From NCBI GenBank assembly GCA_044892525.1, contig CM097887.1:77850397-77914396 (forward strand): a DNA stretch of 64,000 nt, written 5' to 3'. Below the pieces are notes generated by a model. That model was not told the origin of the DNA and did not search any database. It was given only the letters and a program-made list of their open reading frames with translations. Source of the DNA: Schmidtea polychroa (taxonomy: Eukaryota). This document shows, one piece after another, positions 12,988-25,800 of this stretch; within the stretch, counting starts at the first letter, position 1; the number at the start of each line of letters is the position of its first letter. The position numbers and the translations under genes are program-made.

Positions 12988-14600
12988 TGTTAACCGCAGG
13001 AACTAATAAGAGTTATTGACTAGAATTAATACTTAACCTAATAAGAGAGGCAGGAAAAGGAGCAATTTCAGGATTGAATTTTGAGTTTTCTACAAACATC
13101 TGACAAGCTTGGCCCTAGTAACAGTGGTTAAGGCGAACCAGCGATGAATCGGATAATTGGAAATTATCACCTAAAATCAGGACACCGAGAGGAAAATCAC
13201 CTAAGAAGGCGCAAAGCGAGAGCCGACTCAATGGCTAATTAAATTTTTGATGGAACGAGATGGTAACTATAAGTTGATGTACCTTATTCAGGAAATGCCA
13301 AACTCCACGAGATCCGAACGAGAATACGAAACAGGCCCAGGGGTAGCAGGCCCTAGCTTAAACACCCAAGGCGAGTCAGGGACGGCCCCAGTCAAATTGC
13401 TCACGAGACTAAGAACTGAGTGGATCATGTACAAGATCCACCCGTGGAACGAGGTTATCATCAGGTGCGCGCCAACCTCGCCAGTGGGAGAACCGTCCAG
13501 GCCATTCCAAAACAGAGGGCCTTCCAAATCCGGCCTTGGAACCCAATGGGAAAGCCTTCCTAACTGTCCAGGACGCAATCAGAGGCCTGCGCACGAACCA
13601 AGAGATCCGATTCGGTGCTCTGGAGAATCCCGGTGAAAAATCTCGGGTCCGCTTAGATCCAGCCTTTCTCGCCGAACTGAATGCCTGGCTTGCTCGGTTC
13701 GACCTCGAAAACTGCCAAACGCGACCAAAATTCAATCTTGTAACCCGAAATGGGACTTGAACATTTAGTTATTTCGTGCCCGTAAATGTTGTAATAGACT
13801 TAGCCATTATGCACTTTGTGTTTATTTCCTTTTTATTTATTTTTCTGTAATCCTAACGTCCTGTGAGTAACAGGCGGAACGAATAATATATATTTTTGTT
13901 TTGCTCTATTACTGTTGTTACGAGAGTGAAAGGAAGCTAATTGACGAGTGAAGTGTAGTAAAGGTAGTGGGGAATTAGACCTTGACAGCATAAATAAGTC
14001 GTGCCGTTTGACAGTAGACTTTCGTGTAAATTTATAAATTAAATACTTGAGGCCCCTGCATATGGCTTATAGTTTTGTTTTACAGTGATCGAACTCTTCT
14101 CAAAATGCGGGGAGATCGGGAGAAAGCAGAGCGTCAAGTGGAGACTCCAAAGCAGTCACAAAATTCAAGGAGCGGTACCGGGAATTAGAGGGCACCTGGT
14201 TCAGCCCCAGCGAAATGCAGAAACGAATGCAACTTATGTAACAGTTGCAATTGCAGGAGACCAGGCGGAGATCCGAGTCCTCAGGTTACAAGTCCGCAGG
14301 ATGGAGACGGAACGGCACCAGCAGGAGCTAAATCACGACGTGGTCTAACGGATCCGCCCCATGGTGGTGGAACTTGCGGAGCTCCACCCGCCAACTGCGT
14401 CTACAAGCCAAAATAAAAAAACGCCCCAGCCGGAATCCGCGGAACCGACTGAAAGTACTCGGTCGAGCATCACAGGTAACGACAGAGATAACTCGTCGCG
14501 AGGATGATACTCGGCCCACGGAAGCCAAGGTCGACCGAACGGTTGATATTAACTAGTCCATTAACAAAGTGACCCTTGTTGTAAATATTTGTAATGATTC
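12988..14600 (+). mobile_element. Second LTR-like/retroelement accessory segment with two decayed orphan ORFs (~13250-13760, ~14090-14550)
   Basis: Begins near TGTTAAC and contains GC-rich ORF remnants separated by AT-rich spacers, as in 1218-3997. It truncates the Buster hAT. The right end was not identified. Confidence 0.4.
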
Positions 14601-16146
14601 AGTTAAAATGTGTCAAGGCTCTATTATAAATCCGTAGTTGTATTAATTAGAATTGTTTTGTCTATTCTTAAATATATTTTTCTTTCATTATTATTCTACT
14701 ATTAAGTCAGATGAGTTAGAATAGATTGACTTGTGGATAAGGATGATTGTTACGCATGATTAGTAAACTGACACAGTGGGAGAAGGCAAGGTACGATGCA
14801 AGTTATCGGAAGCATAATCTGATTACAGGGACCATGTAAAGCGGAAACAAAACTTTTAACGGTAGTCCATGGACCCAAGGGAGTGCTTGCCAATTATAGT
14901 GCTGAAATTTTGCGCTCACATTTTGCTGACACTCACCTTCTTGACACATCACCAACGTTGATCACTTAACGGGTGTCAAGCGATCGAAAACCATTGTATT
15001 TTGGGTTACGCCTGAGACAGCACAAGGTGGAATGTTTGGTTACCTGTAACCCACCAAACATATTGTTGTTTCATTTGTTCAAAATCAAACATTTATGTGC
15101 AAAAAACAAGTTCAAAATCTCCTTAATCTGAAAATTATTCATAATTTGGTTATTATGTATGTAATCCTAGATTATTGCCTAGCAATGATTTTTTTTGGAC
15201 ATTTCTAGTTCCTAAGCAGATTCGTTAAAATAATTTTACAACAATTCAAGTTATAATGGAAGTAAATGTTTATGTTTATGTGTAAAAATGTTTATGCGAC
15301 TGAAAACACATATTGGAGCTATTTAGTTTATCTCAGATATACAGAAAACATGTTTCATAATCTTTCCTTCTATTGTTAAGTCTCATTTTAGGGATTCCAA
15401 AATGATTGATTCATTACAATTATTTGAAATCCAAAATGGTTGAAAAATAATTAAGTTAATGATTTTTTAATATTAAATATCCATTACGATTATTTAAAAT
15501 CCAAAATGGTTGAAAAATAATTAAGTTAATTAATTATTAATATATTCAATTCCAATATGATCGGAAAAAAATCCAATAAGATTGTAAAGCCCTATAATAA
15601 AAAATTGATTGATTGACATAATAATGTATTTTATATAATAAATGATTTAAATTATTTTTTATGAATGCTTTTGCTCATACATACTTTTTAATATGCAATG
15701 AAAAGAAAATTCTTTAATATTCAAAAATAGGTTTTAAAATTTTACAATATTCATGTTTTATAATTTCTCAAAAATATTCAACTCTTATATCAAAGAAATC
15801 CAAACGAATTTGACGGAAAATCAGAAATTAAATAAAAATTTGATTGAAATTTTTCTAAATGATAACGCAAATAACGAAGAAAAAATCAGAAACGTAATTC
15901 CCGAAGAACGCATTTCAATTCTATTTTTATGACTCTATATTAACTTCGATGATGTATGTTTGTATGTGCCACCTAAATTTTTAAGGCCAAATTTAAATAT
16001 ATAATTTATATAAAGGCTTGGTTTCATTTAAATTTTAAGTGTGTGCATGTTTTATTTAACACTCCTTGGTTTTTCGTAATTTACCAAGAATTTTATAATT
16101 TCATTTTACGTAATTTTTAGCATTTTAAATTCTACATCAGCCCTCC

Positions 16147-18003
16147 ATGTCAAAAGCCTGGAAATACTTTGTCAAAGAAAACAAGGACGAAGCAAAATGC
16201 AAGAACTGCTTCAAAAAAATTAACAAGAAAGGTGGATCCACCAAAGGCCTCTTAACTCATCTTAGAACCATTCACCAAATTGACTTGAAAACGAACGTAG
16301 GCACACATTCTCAACGCGAGGTTTCGGAGGAGCCCGACTGCAAGAAGCGAAAACTATCAGTAATCACTGAATATTTTTCAGTTTCCAAGCCGTCCCTTGA
16401 TAAAATTCTAGCACACATGAAGCTAAAGACGGACTCCCATTTAAAGTTTTCATAACCTCGAAGGATATTCGGGCCGGACTAGCAGCAAGAGGATTGGACG
16501 TTCCCCTATCGGCTGTGATGATTAGACAGAAGGTAATGGACTACGCTTCGAAAATTGAACTGCAAATAAATGAGGATTTGCATCGACGATGTCAGCAAGG
16601 TGAAAAATTCTCTCTTACAGTAGATGAATGGACTGGTGTCAACAACAAGCGATATGCAAACATCAATGTTCACATGTCGGACAGAACAGTCCATCATCTA
16701 GGGCTCACTCGTATCAAAGGATCGATGACTGCTGAAATGGTTGTTCAAAGAGCATCTGAATTTGGTCTGGACATTAAAACAGATGTTATCTGCTGTACAA
16801 CTGATGCTGCTTCAGTCATGGCAAAATTTGGAAAGTTGATGAACTGCGAACACTAGCTTTGTTATGCCCATAGAGTCCATTTAGCAGTTTGCGATGTTCT
16901 ATACCTCAAAAAAACATCATTCGTCTCGGCACCAGAACTAGAGCAGAGTGAAAGTAGCCAGTCTAATGACGACTGGAATTCTACCGATGACGTTGAAGAA
17001 GCCGGTTTTGATGTGTGCAGTGACGTTGAAGTCACCAATGAATTTGATATTGGCTCTTTAAATTCTGTCATAAAAAAGTACGTAACATAGTAGAAGTCCA
17101 GTGAAGAATGATTTGTTGCAAAGATTTGCCAAAGAAGAACTTGGGAAAGAGCTATGCCTTGTTTTGGACGTCAAAAAAAGATGGAATTCCCTAATTGCAA
17201 TGCTGGAGAGATTTCTAGAGATTAAAGAGCCGGTGAGAAAGACGTTGGCCTGCTTAGGCCTGGAGATTCAACTTACAAACGATGAAATTCGAACGGTGCA
17301 GGAAATCACGACTGCCCTGAAACCACTGGAGCTGGTTGTGAAAACCCTTTCTGGACAGAGATGTACCTTAGTTATGGCCGAAACTGCTGTGAAGTTTGCA
17401 ATCGAAGAGCTTCAATCGCAAAACAGTACCCCGGGGTTCCAACTTGAATTGAGTTTGAAGGAACGCATGAAGGAGAGACATAGTTTGCTTTCCTCTGCAG
17501 CTATATGCCTTTCCAATGGTGGCAATATGGATTCTGTTAGCGAAGTCAACATGATGAAAGTAACATTGCTCAACTTGGCGCAAAGACTTAATGTCACAGT
17601 AGTTAGAGCTGAAACCGATTTTTTGCCACCTATAGTGCCTCTGGATTCGCCACCATTAACAATCCAAAACAGCATGGTAGAACGTCTGCGCATTGCTTTG
17701 GAAAAGAGCACAGATTACCATGTTGTTCATCAAAAGATGTCATCAAACAGTGCGAATCTTATGAATTTAACAATTCAAAGGGAGCTCGAGTTACTTAGAA
17801 CTGTTGGCCAACGTGGAAAAGTTCTCGAAATTCTTCACAAAGCATTGATGAGTGTTCCTCCCAACAGTGTAGAGGCCGAGAGAGCGTTTTCTGCTGGAGG
17901 TTCATTCCTCACAAAAATCAAATCACGCCTCGGAGATGATACATTATCAAAACTGTGTTTATTGAAGACTTATTTTAGATACTATAGAATTTCTAAGGAA
18001 TAA
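16147..18003 (+). mobile_element. hAT transposase pseudogene (Ac/ZBED1/ZBED4-like, with BED finger)
   Basis: AWKYF...AKCKNC...GSTKGLLTHLRTIH (BED); FSLTVDEWT; CCTTDAASVM; CEH*LCYAHRVHLAV; LDVKKRWNS; SVPPNSVEAERAFSAGG...SRLGD. Three disablements. TIRs not located. Confidence 0.92.
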
Positions 18004-18154
18004 TATAAAAATTATAATTAAAAAATCAATAACAGAATAATGAATTTTGGAATGGAGTTTAAGCTAAACAAAATGCAGAAATCCGATAAATTACTTGCGA
18101 ATAAACTTTTAACAGGTGAATAAATATTGTTTTATTATTTTATCTAAATTAAGC

Positions 18155-18793
18155 ATTACATCAATCTCTCGAAGAATGCGCTCTCATTGAACACGATCTA
18201 TCTAATACGCGGTTCCTAAAAAAATTACAGAAAATCCAATAAAAAGGCTTGGGTAACTGCTGAATTATTTTAAGAATGGTTTCACAAGTGTTTCGTCCCA
18301 GAGGTCCAGATTCACCTTGAAAAAAAGGCATGCCATTTAAAGTTTTGATAACACTCGACAATAATTGAACCATGCACAATTACTGCTTGCTGGAAAAATA
18401 TATGAAGTGAATGCGCTATAGATTTTCAAGGATTTCCAACTTCTGAAAATGATATTGAAAATATTGTTGCAATTAGCTATTAGGTTGATGGTGATGGTTT
18501 TGAAGATCTCCACCAAGAAGAAATTGAAGAAAAATTTAGGAGGAATGCGGAGACACTTACGAATGAAGAGTTGGTTTAACTTGTTGGTTCAGTTCCTGGT
18601 TCCAAAGATGACGATGAAGAAAATGACATAGTTAATGATTGGGATTTAAATAAATTAGGTGAATTGTTTCTTATGGTGAAACAAATAATTTCATTGTGGA
18701 AAATGATCCTTGAAAAGAACGAAGCCTCAATATTAAAAGAAAAGTTGAAAACGATTTTTTACCCTATCAAGAACTATTTAGCGAGATGATAAG
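18155..18793 (+). mobile_element. pogo/Tigger (TIGD1-like) transposase fragment, left of the Polinton insertion
   Basis: NKKAWVTAELF*EWFHKCFVPEV...KVLITLDNN; DGDGFEDLHQEEIEE...ETLTNEEL; ends ...QELFSEMIR at the TSD. Confidence 0.8.
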
Positions 18794-18899
18794 AGTAGAT
18801 GGATTGGGCACCGCTGGCACAGGGCACCGCTAGCACAGTACCCCCCTCCCCCCGTCGGTAAGATTTTCAAAAATATTCTAAGTCTAAAAGTACATTTTT

Positions 18900-19550
18900 T
18901 TTTCAAGGTCAAATTTAAACAAAGACATATGACTCATCAAGGTCATTGAAACAAAGACCATGAGTCATCCTATGACTCATCAAATTTTTCAAGGTCATTT
19001 AAACAAAGACCATGACTCATCCGATGACTCATCAAGGTCATTTTCAAGGTCATATGACTCATAATATGACTCATCAAGGTCCAAAAAATTTTCTCTGGGC
19101 CATTTAAACAAAGACCATGACTCATCAAGGTCATTTTCAAGGTTATATGACTCATAGTATGACTCATATTACCTTGAAAAATTTTTTCAAGGTCATATGA
19201 CTCATCCTATGACTCATCACGGTCATCGAAACAAAGGCCATGATTCATAGTATGACTCATATGACCTTGAAAATTTTTTTCAAGGTCATATGACTCATCC
19301 TATGACTCACCAAGGTCATTTTCAAGGTCATATGACTCATAGTATGACTCATTTGACCCTGAAAAATTTTTTCGAGGTCATATGACTCATCCTATGCCTC
19401 ATCAAGGTCATTCTCAAGGTCATATGACTCATCCGATGACTCATCAAAATTTTCCATGACTCATCAAGGTCATTTTCAAGGTCACATGACTCATCCAAGG
19501 TCATTCCCAAGGTCATATGAGTCATCGCGATGACTCATCAAGGTCATATT
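18900..19550. repeat. Subterminal array of ATGA(C/G)TCAT and TCAAGGTCA motifs (left arm)
   Basis: By manual count, ~23 ATGASTCAT and ~15 TCAAGGTCA in ~650 bp. Confidence 0.9.
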
Positions 19551-19702
19551 ATTATTTTTAAAAAATATTATTATTTTTATTATTATTTTTAAAAATATTA
19601 TTATTTTATTTTTAATTTTTTCAAAGTTCCCGCCAACGAAAATTAATAATCGATAGCTCATTTTAAAGCTCAATCCAAGACCTTTCGAATGAGCCATATA
19701 TC

Positions 19703-19756
<54 letters not shown>

Positions 19757-20299
19757 GTATTAATCTATATACACCGAGTCTATGTACTCTGAGTCTATCC
19801 GACAAAATATTTTGTCCCCCTATGGGTAATGCTCACAAGGGTACTGGTCACGCTCAACAAATCAACAAAACATACATTTATTTAAACAATAAAATAATGT
19901 AAAATTAACAAAGGTAAACTAAATATTGATGTACTACTATTCGCAGCAATATTGTTTGAAAACAAACGGCAATACAAAAGTACTCATAGATGACTCATTT
20001 ATTTTTTGAAGAAAGACAATGACGCACCCATGGGATATATTATTTATTACTATCAATAGTATTAATATTATTATTATTAATATTATTATTATTATTATTA
20101 TTATTATCATCAAGTTTTAATTACCAAGGTAATTTAAACAAAGACCATGACTCAGTCGCTGAATCATCAAGGTCGTTCTATTTTTAGTAACAAAGACATC
20201 TATTTTTAGTAACATTTTGAATATATTTTTAGTAACATTTTTGATCCGATCATTGATCCGATGACTCGCCAAGGTCATTCTATTTTTAGTAACAAAGAC

Positions 20300-21730
20300 A
20301 TCTATTTATGTTCCAGCGGTTTATTTTTGTTTTAATTATCGAATACGTAATAATTTAATTTTTTTTAAATTGTTAATTATATAATAATATTTTTATTTTT
20401 TGTTTTAATTATCGAATACGTAATAATTTAATTTTGTTTAAATCGTTGATTATATAATAATATTTTTATTTTTTGTTTTAATTATCGAATACGTAATAAT
20501 TTAATTTTGTTTAAATCGTTGATTATGTAATAATAACATGTTTTGTTTTAATTATCGATTACTCAATAATTTAATTTTGTTTAAATCGTTGATTATGAAA
20601 TATTTTTGGATTTAATTGTCGATTACGTAATAATTTAATTTATCATTATTATTGGGAAAGATATTACCGCTCGCGCGGAAAATGTTATTTTCAAAATTAG
20701 TATTTTCGAAGTTTTAATCAATATTATTATTATTATTATTATTATTATTAGTATTAATCTATATAGTCCGAGTTTATCCGACAAAATATTGTGTCCCCCT
20801 ATGTGTATTTGTAGAAAGGGTACTGGTCACATTCAACATGTCGCAAGGGTATTAATATTATTATTATTATTATTATTATAACATTAATATAACTTCATTA
20901 TTTTCAAGGTCATATTATTATTTTTCAAAATATTATTATTTTCAAGGTCATATTATTATTTTTCAAAATATTATTATTTTCAAGGTCATATTATTATTTT
21001 TCAAAATATTATTATATTTTTCAAGGTCATATTATTATTTTTCAAAATATTATTATATTTTTCAAGATCATATTATTATTTTTCAAAATATTATTATATT
21101 TTTCAAGATCATATTATTATTTTTCAAAATATTATTATTTTCAAGGTCATATTATTATTTTTCAAAATATTATTATTTTCAAGGTCATATTATTATTTTT
21201 CAAAATATTATTATATTTTTCAAGGTCATATTATTATTTTTCAAAATATTATTATTTTCAAGGTCATATTATTATTTTCAAGGTCATATTATTATTTTTC
21301 AAAATATTATTATTTCAAGGTCATATTATTATTTTATTTTAGTTTTGTTTAAATCGTTGATTATATGATAATATTTTTATTTTGGTTTTAATTATCGATT
21401 ACTTAATAATTTTTTATTTTTTTTTAATTATCGATTACTTAATAATTTAATATTGTTTAAATCGTTAATTATATAATAATATTTTTTTGTTTTAATTATC
21501 AATTATGTAATAATTTAATTTTGTTTAAATTGTTGATTGTATGATAATATTTTTATTTTTGTTTTAATTATCGATTACTTAATACCTTAATTTTGTTTAA
21601 ATCGTTGATTATGCAATAATAATTTTTGTTTAAATTATCAATTATGTAATAATTTAATTTTGTTTAAATCGTTGATTATATTATTTTTTTTGGTTTAATT
21701 ATCGATTACGCAATAATTTAATTTATCATT
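20300..21730. repeat. Minisatellite blocks in the left arm: ~73-bp unit (20300-20640, 21340-21730) and ~38-41-bp TCAAGGTCA-containing unit (20900-21330); mirrored at ~32770-34200
   Basis: GAATACG recurs at 20341, 20414 and 20487 (period 73). TCAAGGTCA recurs at 20942, 20980, 21021 and onward. Confidence 0.9.
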
Positions 21731-22272
21731 ATTATTGGGAAAGATATTAATGCCCGCGCGGAAGATGTTATTTTCAAAATTATTATTTNNNNNNNNNNNN
21801 NNNNNNNNNNNNNNNNNNNNNNNNNNNNNNNNNNNNNNNNNNNNNNNNNNNNNNNNNNNNNNNNNNNNNNNNNNNNNNNNNNNNNNNNNNNNNNNNNNNN
21901 NNNNNNNNNNNNNNNNNNNNNNNNNNGAACATTTTCATCAAATATTTTTCAAAGTATTATTTTCAAAGAATTATTTTCAAAGAATTATTATTATTATTTT
22001 TATTATTATTTGCAAAGTTCTAATTATTATTTTAATTTAGAAGTTTCATTATTATTATTTACTTAAATATTCATAAAACTTAATTTCTACGTCAATTACA
22101 TGATTTTCAACATTTTCATCATTTGCATGATTATTTTAATAATTTTCTACATTTTCAATATTTTCACGATTTTCAACATTTTCATGATTATTTCAGGAAC
22201 TTTTCATCGAATATTTTTCAAAGTATTATTTTCAAAGATTCATTTTCAAATTATTTTCAAAGTTTTTATCAA

Positions 22273-22327
<55 letters not shown>

Positions 22328-22804
22328 GTATAAAATGATGATTGCTTGGTAGCAGCATTTATTATTTAAAACAATAAAATGATAATTTAAGCCTTTTGCT
22401 GCAAATAATGTATTTAATGAAAGAATTTTCGACTATACGATAGTCCTTGTCAATCTATTATTATTATTATTATTATTATTGGTAAAGAAAAATCTAAAAT
22501 ATGGTTTACACGCACAACCCATCAACCATTATTATTATTATTATCAATATTAAAAACATAAAATATTTTTACACACACACACATGCACAATCCATTAAAC
22601 ATTATTATTATTAACGCAAATATTAGTGAAAAACCTAAAATATTTTTTACACGACCCATTAAACTTTATTATTATTATTATTATTATTGCAAATATTAGT
22701 CAAAAACATAAAATATTTTTACACACACACAACCCATTAACAATTATTATCAATATTAGTGAAAACCTAAAATATTTTCTACACACATATACAACCCTTT
22801 GAAC

Positions 22805-22843
<39 letters not shown>

Positions 22844-25800
22844 ATTAGTCAAAAACTTAAAATAATTTTTACACACTAAGTTATGGGGTAGAGAATTATT
22901 ATATGTTTGCAGTATTCTGTGTTTGCCTTTACAGGAAATTGTCAATAAGGAGTGATAATTTTATACATACATTCTATATACACATACCTTTTTAAAATGG
23001 ATGTATATACTCCTAGTCTATCCGACAAGATATTCTGTCCCCCTATGGGTATTACCAGCAAGGGTACTGGTCACATTCAACATGTCGCAAGGGTAAATTA
23101 ATTAAGGTTAGTAAATAAAACCTATCACACATACTATTTTTAATAATTATTTAAACTATAAAAATCAAGACAAGAGAGGACAAGGCAAAGTTTATGCATT
23201 TAGTATTGCCAGGTCTAATGAGCAGTGACCAAATATCTGTGCCTGAAAGACACGGTGGATATTTGTTCGCGTCCACAAGGGTCGTCTGTGCATCCCCCAA
23301 GTGGGGTCAAAAGAACCTGGGCATTATAGCTTTCCGTACGGAACATTACGCCTAGCATGGGTAGTCAACTACCAGCACATTCGAAACGTATAATTTCAAA
23401 ATACATGCGTCATTGGCACTATAACCAAATTAATTAATGTTTTCACTAACAACAATATATATTTACAGAGGCCTCCCACTAGTTGGATTACAACCGCCTA
23501 CCACGACGATCAGCTTGTAAATATATATTAATTAAGGGATAAAGAGGACCCACCCAACCCTTTTATATTTAATTTACAAATTTTTCTCGCTCTTCTGCTG
23601 GTAATCTATCTCAAAATTATCATCTCCATCGGGCCATTTGAAATACATCTTGCAAATTGGACGTATTTCTTAGTTTCTGATGCGGCGTCAACTATCATTG
23701 CTAAAATTTATATTGATTTAAAAGCAATTAACTTACATTATCTAACATTTTATCGTCACAGGCTTGATAAATTAGTCAACTGTTATTTGTGGTATACTTT
23801 TTCCATGTCATTTCCCACCATAAAACACAGATACCTAAATATAATATATATATTTTAAAGAATTAATTCATGTCTTACATTAATAATAATATTCTTCAGG
23901 TATGACGAGTACTTTACTTAATTGCTAAAACATCGATTTTTCCCATTTTTTTTGACATTCGTTGAAAGTTTACATAATTTAAGTCTGATAAGTAAACATT
24001 CATGTTGAAGGACACCCACAATCAGCTAATTCATTTAAGAAATCCGGAACTATAACTCCTTTAGTGTTTCACCATTTTGTCTGGTCATCTTCCCCATAAT
24101 CCAATAATTCATGTTTTAATAAGAAATCTCTAAATCCAGAACATAAGTCTTTTAGTGTTTCACTATTTTTTCTGGTTTATCTTCTTCATAATTATATAAT
24201 TCATTTATATAATTATATAATTCATTATATAATAATTAAAATATTGTAGTAAATTCTTTATATACTTACTTTATGGATACTAAAACGAAAGAAATAAAGT
24301 TATATGAAAAGTTTATTTAAATAATTTAAATTTAGTTATTTAAAAATATTTAAACAATTTAGTTATTTAAGCATATTTAAACATTAATATTATTATATAG
24401 TATAATTTTATATAATATTTAATATTATAATTTTATGTATTCTAAATTTATTAATAAATACAGTATAATTTTATATAATATTATAATTTTATGTACACTT
24501 ATATATCCTTCATTTAATTTTTTAAATTCAAAAATTTATAATGAAGATTCTTTGAATTAAAAAGTATTCTGTTAGTATTTCCAGGCAGAAAACAACGAAT
24601 TCAATAATTAAATCTTAATTTTCATGTTGTTAGGGTTGTGGCCAGAAGTTAATCGCCATCTAATCGTTTGTTCTCAATTTCGATCATTTTTGTTCAAAAC
24701 ATTCAGGTGAGTTGTTATCTGGAAAGTTTCTTTTAGCTCAGTTTTGTTAAAACACTCACGGTATTTTTGAGGGACGTGACACTGGAAATAAATTAACAAT
24801 GGGTGGTCATCCATACATGTTGTTGGTCTGAGCTGTCGATTTACTTTAGAAATAGGTATATTAAAAACATTTAAGTTATCATTCAGTAAAATAATATAGT
24901 ATTTTTTAGTTAATTTATAAATAACAGTATTTTGATATATCAATAAAGACCATATACTTCGAGTTCATCCGACAAAATATTCTGTCCCCCTATGGGTATT
25001 ACCAGCAAGGGTACTGGTCACATTCAACATGTCGCAAGGGTATAATAATCATTTAGAAATTCTTAGGTAATTTAGTGAGATGATCAGAAATTCGTGAATA
25101 TTTTAAATGTAACTTTACACTTATGTCGAGCGACTAATTTATTGGTTAACCTTTTAGACATTTAAAGCAAAAGGTAATTTATTCATCTAATGTTCGTTAC
25201 AATAGTTATTAATATGAGAAAAACATGGTCATTATTCATTGATAATTTTAAATTCTTTATCATTTGGAGTAAATTTGTTCGAGGCAAAAATATTTAAAGG
25301 AGTCATAATAGAAATATGGTTATCATTTAACCAAATAAGGTGCTTATTAGTTAAAAATACATGTTCATATAGGGTTATATTTCTTTTCTAATTTAATTAG
25401 ATGATCATTAGACGTAGTATATCTTTGCGAGAAATTTAAGATGTTTGAGTAACCAAAACATGGATATTTTGTGCGATAAATTTATGAATATTGGTTAATT
25501 TTGTTATTTTTAGTCATTTAAAATAATATTTAGCAAAGGTAATTTAGCAAAATATCATTTATCCATCCGATAACAATATTCCTTCAATAGATTAACTGAT
25601 ATTTAACCGATTTAATTTCTAGAAATCTAATTAAAATCATAAATTTCCTTCACTGATATCCTCACAATGAATAAAATAACTTCTTAAATAAACTAATTTA
25701 AAGAAATAACCTTTGATATCATTTATCTCTAAAGATTTCAAATATTTCATTGTCAAAACCAAGTAAATAGATTATTAACCCTAAACGACTTAATAAAACA

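Noticed and set aside
13288-14528. Minus-strand and alternative-frame ORFs overlapping the orphan ORFs
   Set aside because: Shadow frames expected in GC-rich coding remnants, with no independent evidence.
14700-15070. Coding-like block after the LTR-like unit
   Set aside because: It does not continue the Buster transposase and I recognise no motif. Left uncalled.
18900-21730. CRISPR-like array
   Set aside because: Eukaryotic context, degenerate tandem units without unique equal-length spacers, and no cas genes.
18970-22945. ORF-track proteins (MSHTMSH..., poly-I, poly-Y, poly-N) and their mirrors at 31558-35570
   Set aside because: These are translations of minisatellites, (TAT)n tracts or N gaps.
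23207-23323. Hammerhead or HDV-like ribozyme in the GC island
   Set aside because: The core reads CTAATGA rather than CTGANGA and stems II/III do not close around GAAA. For an HDV fold, P3 is mismatched and there is no P1 partner.
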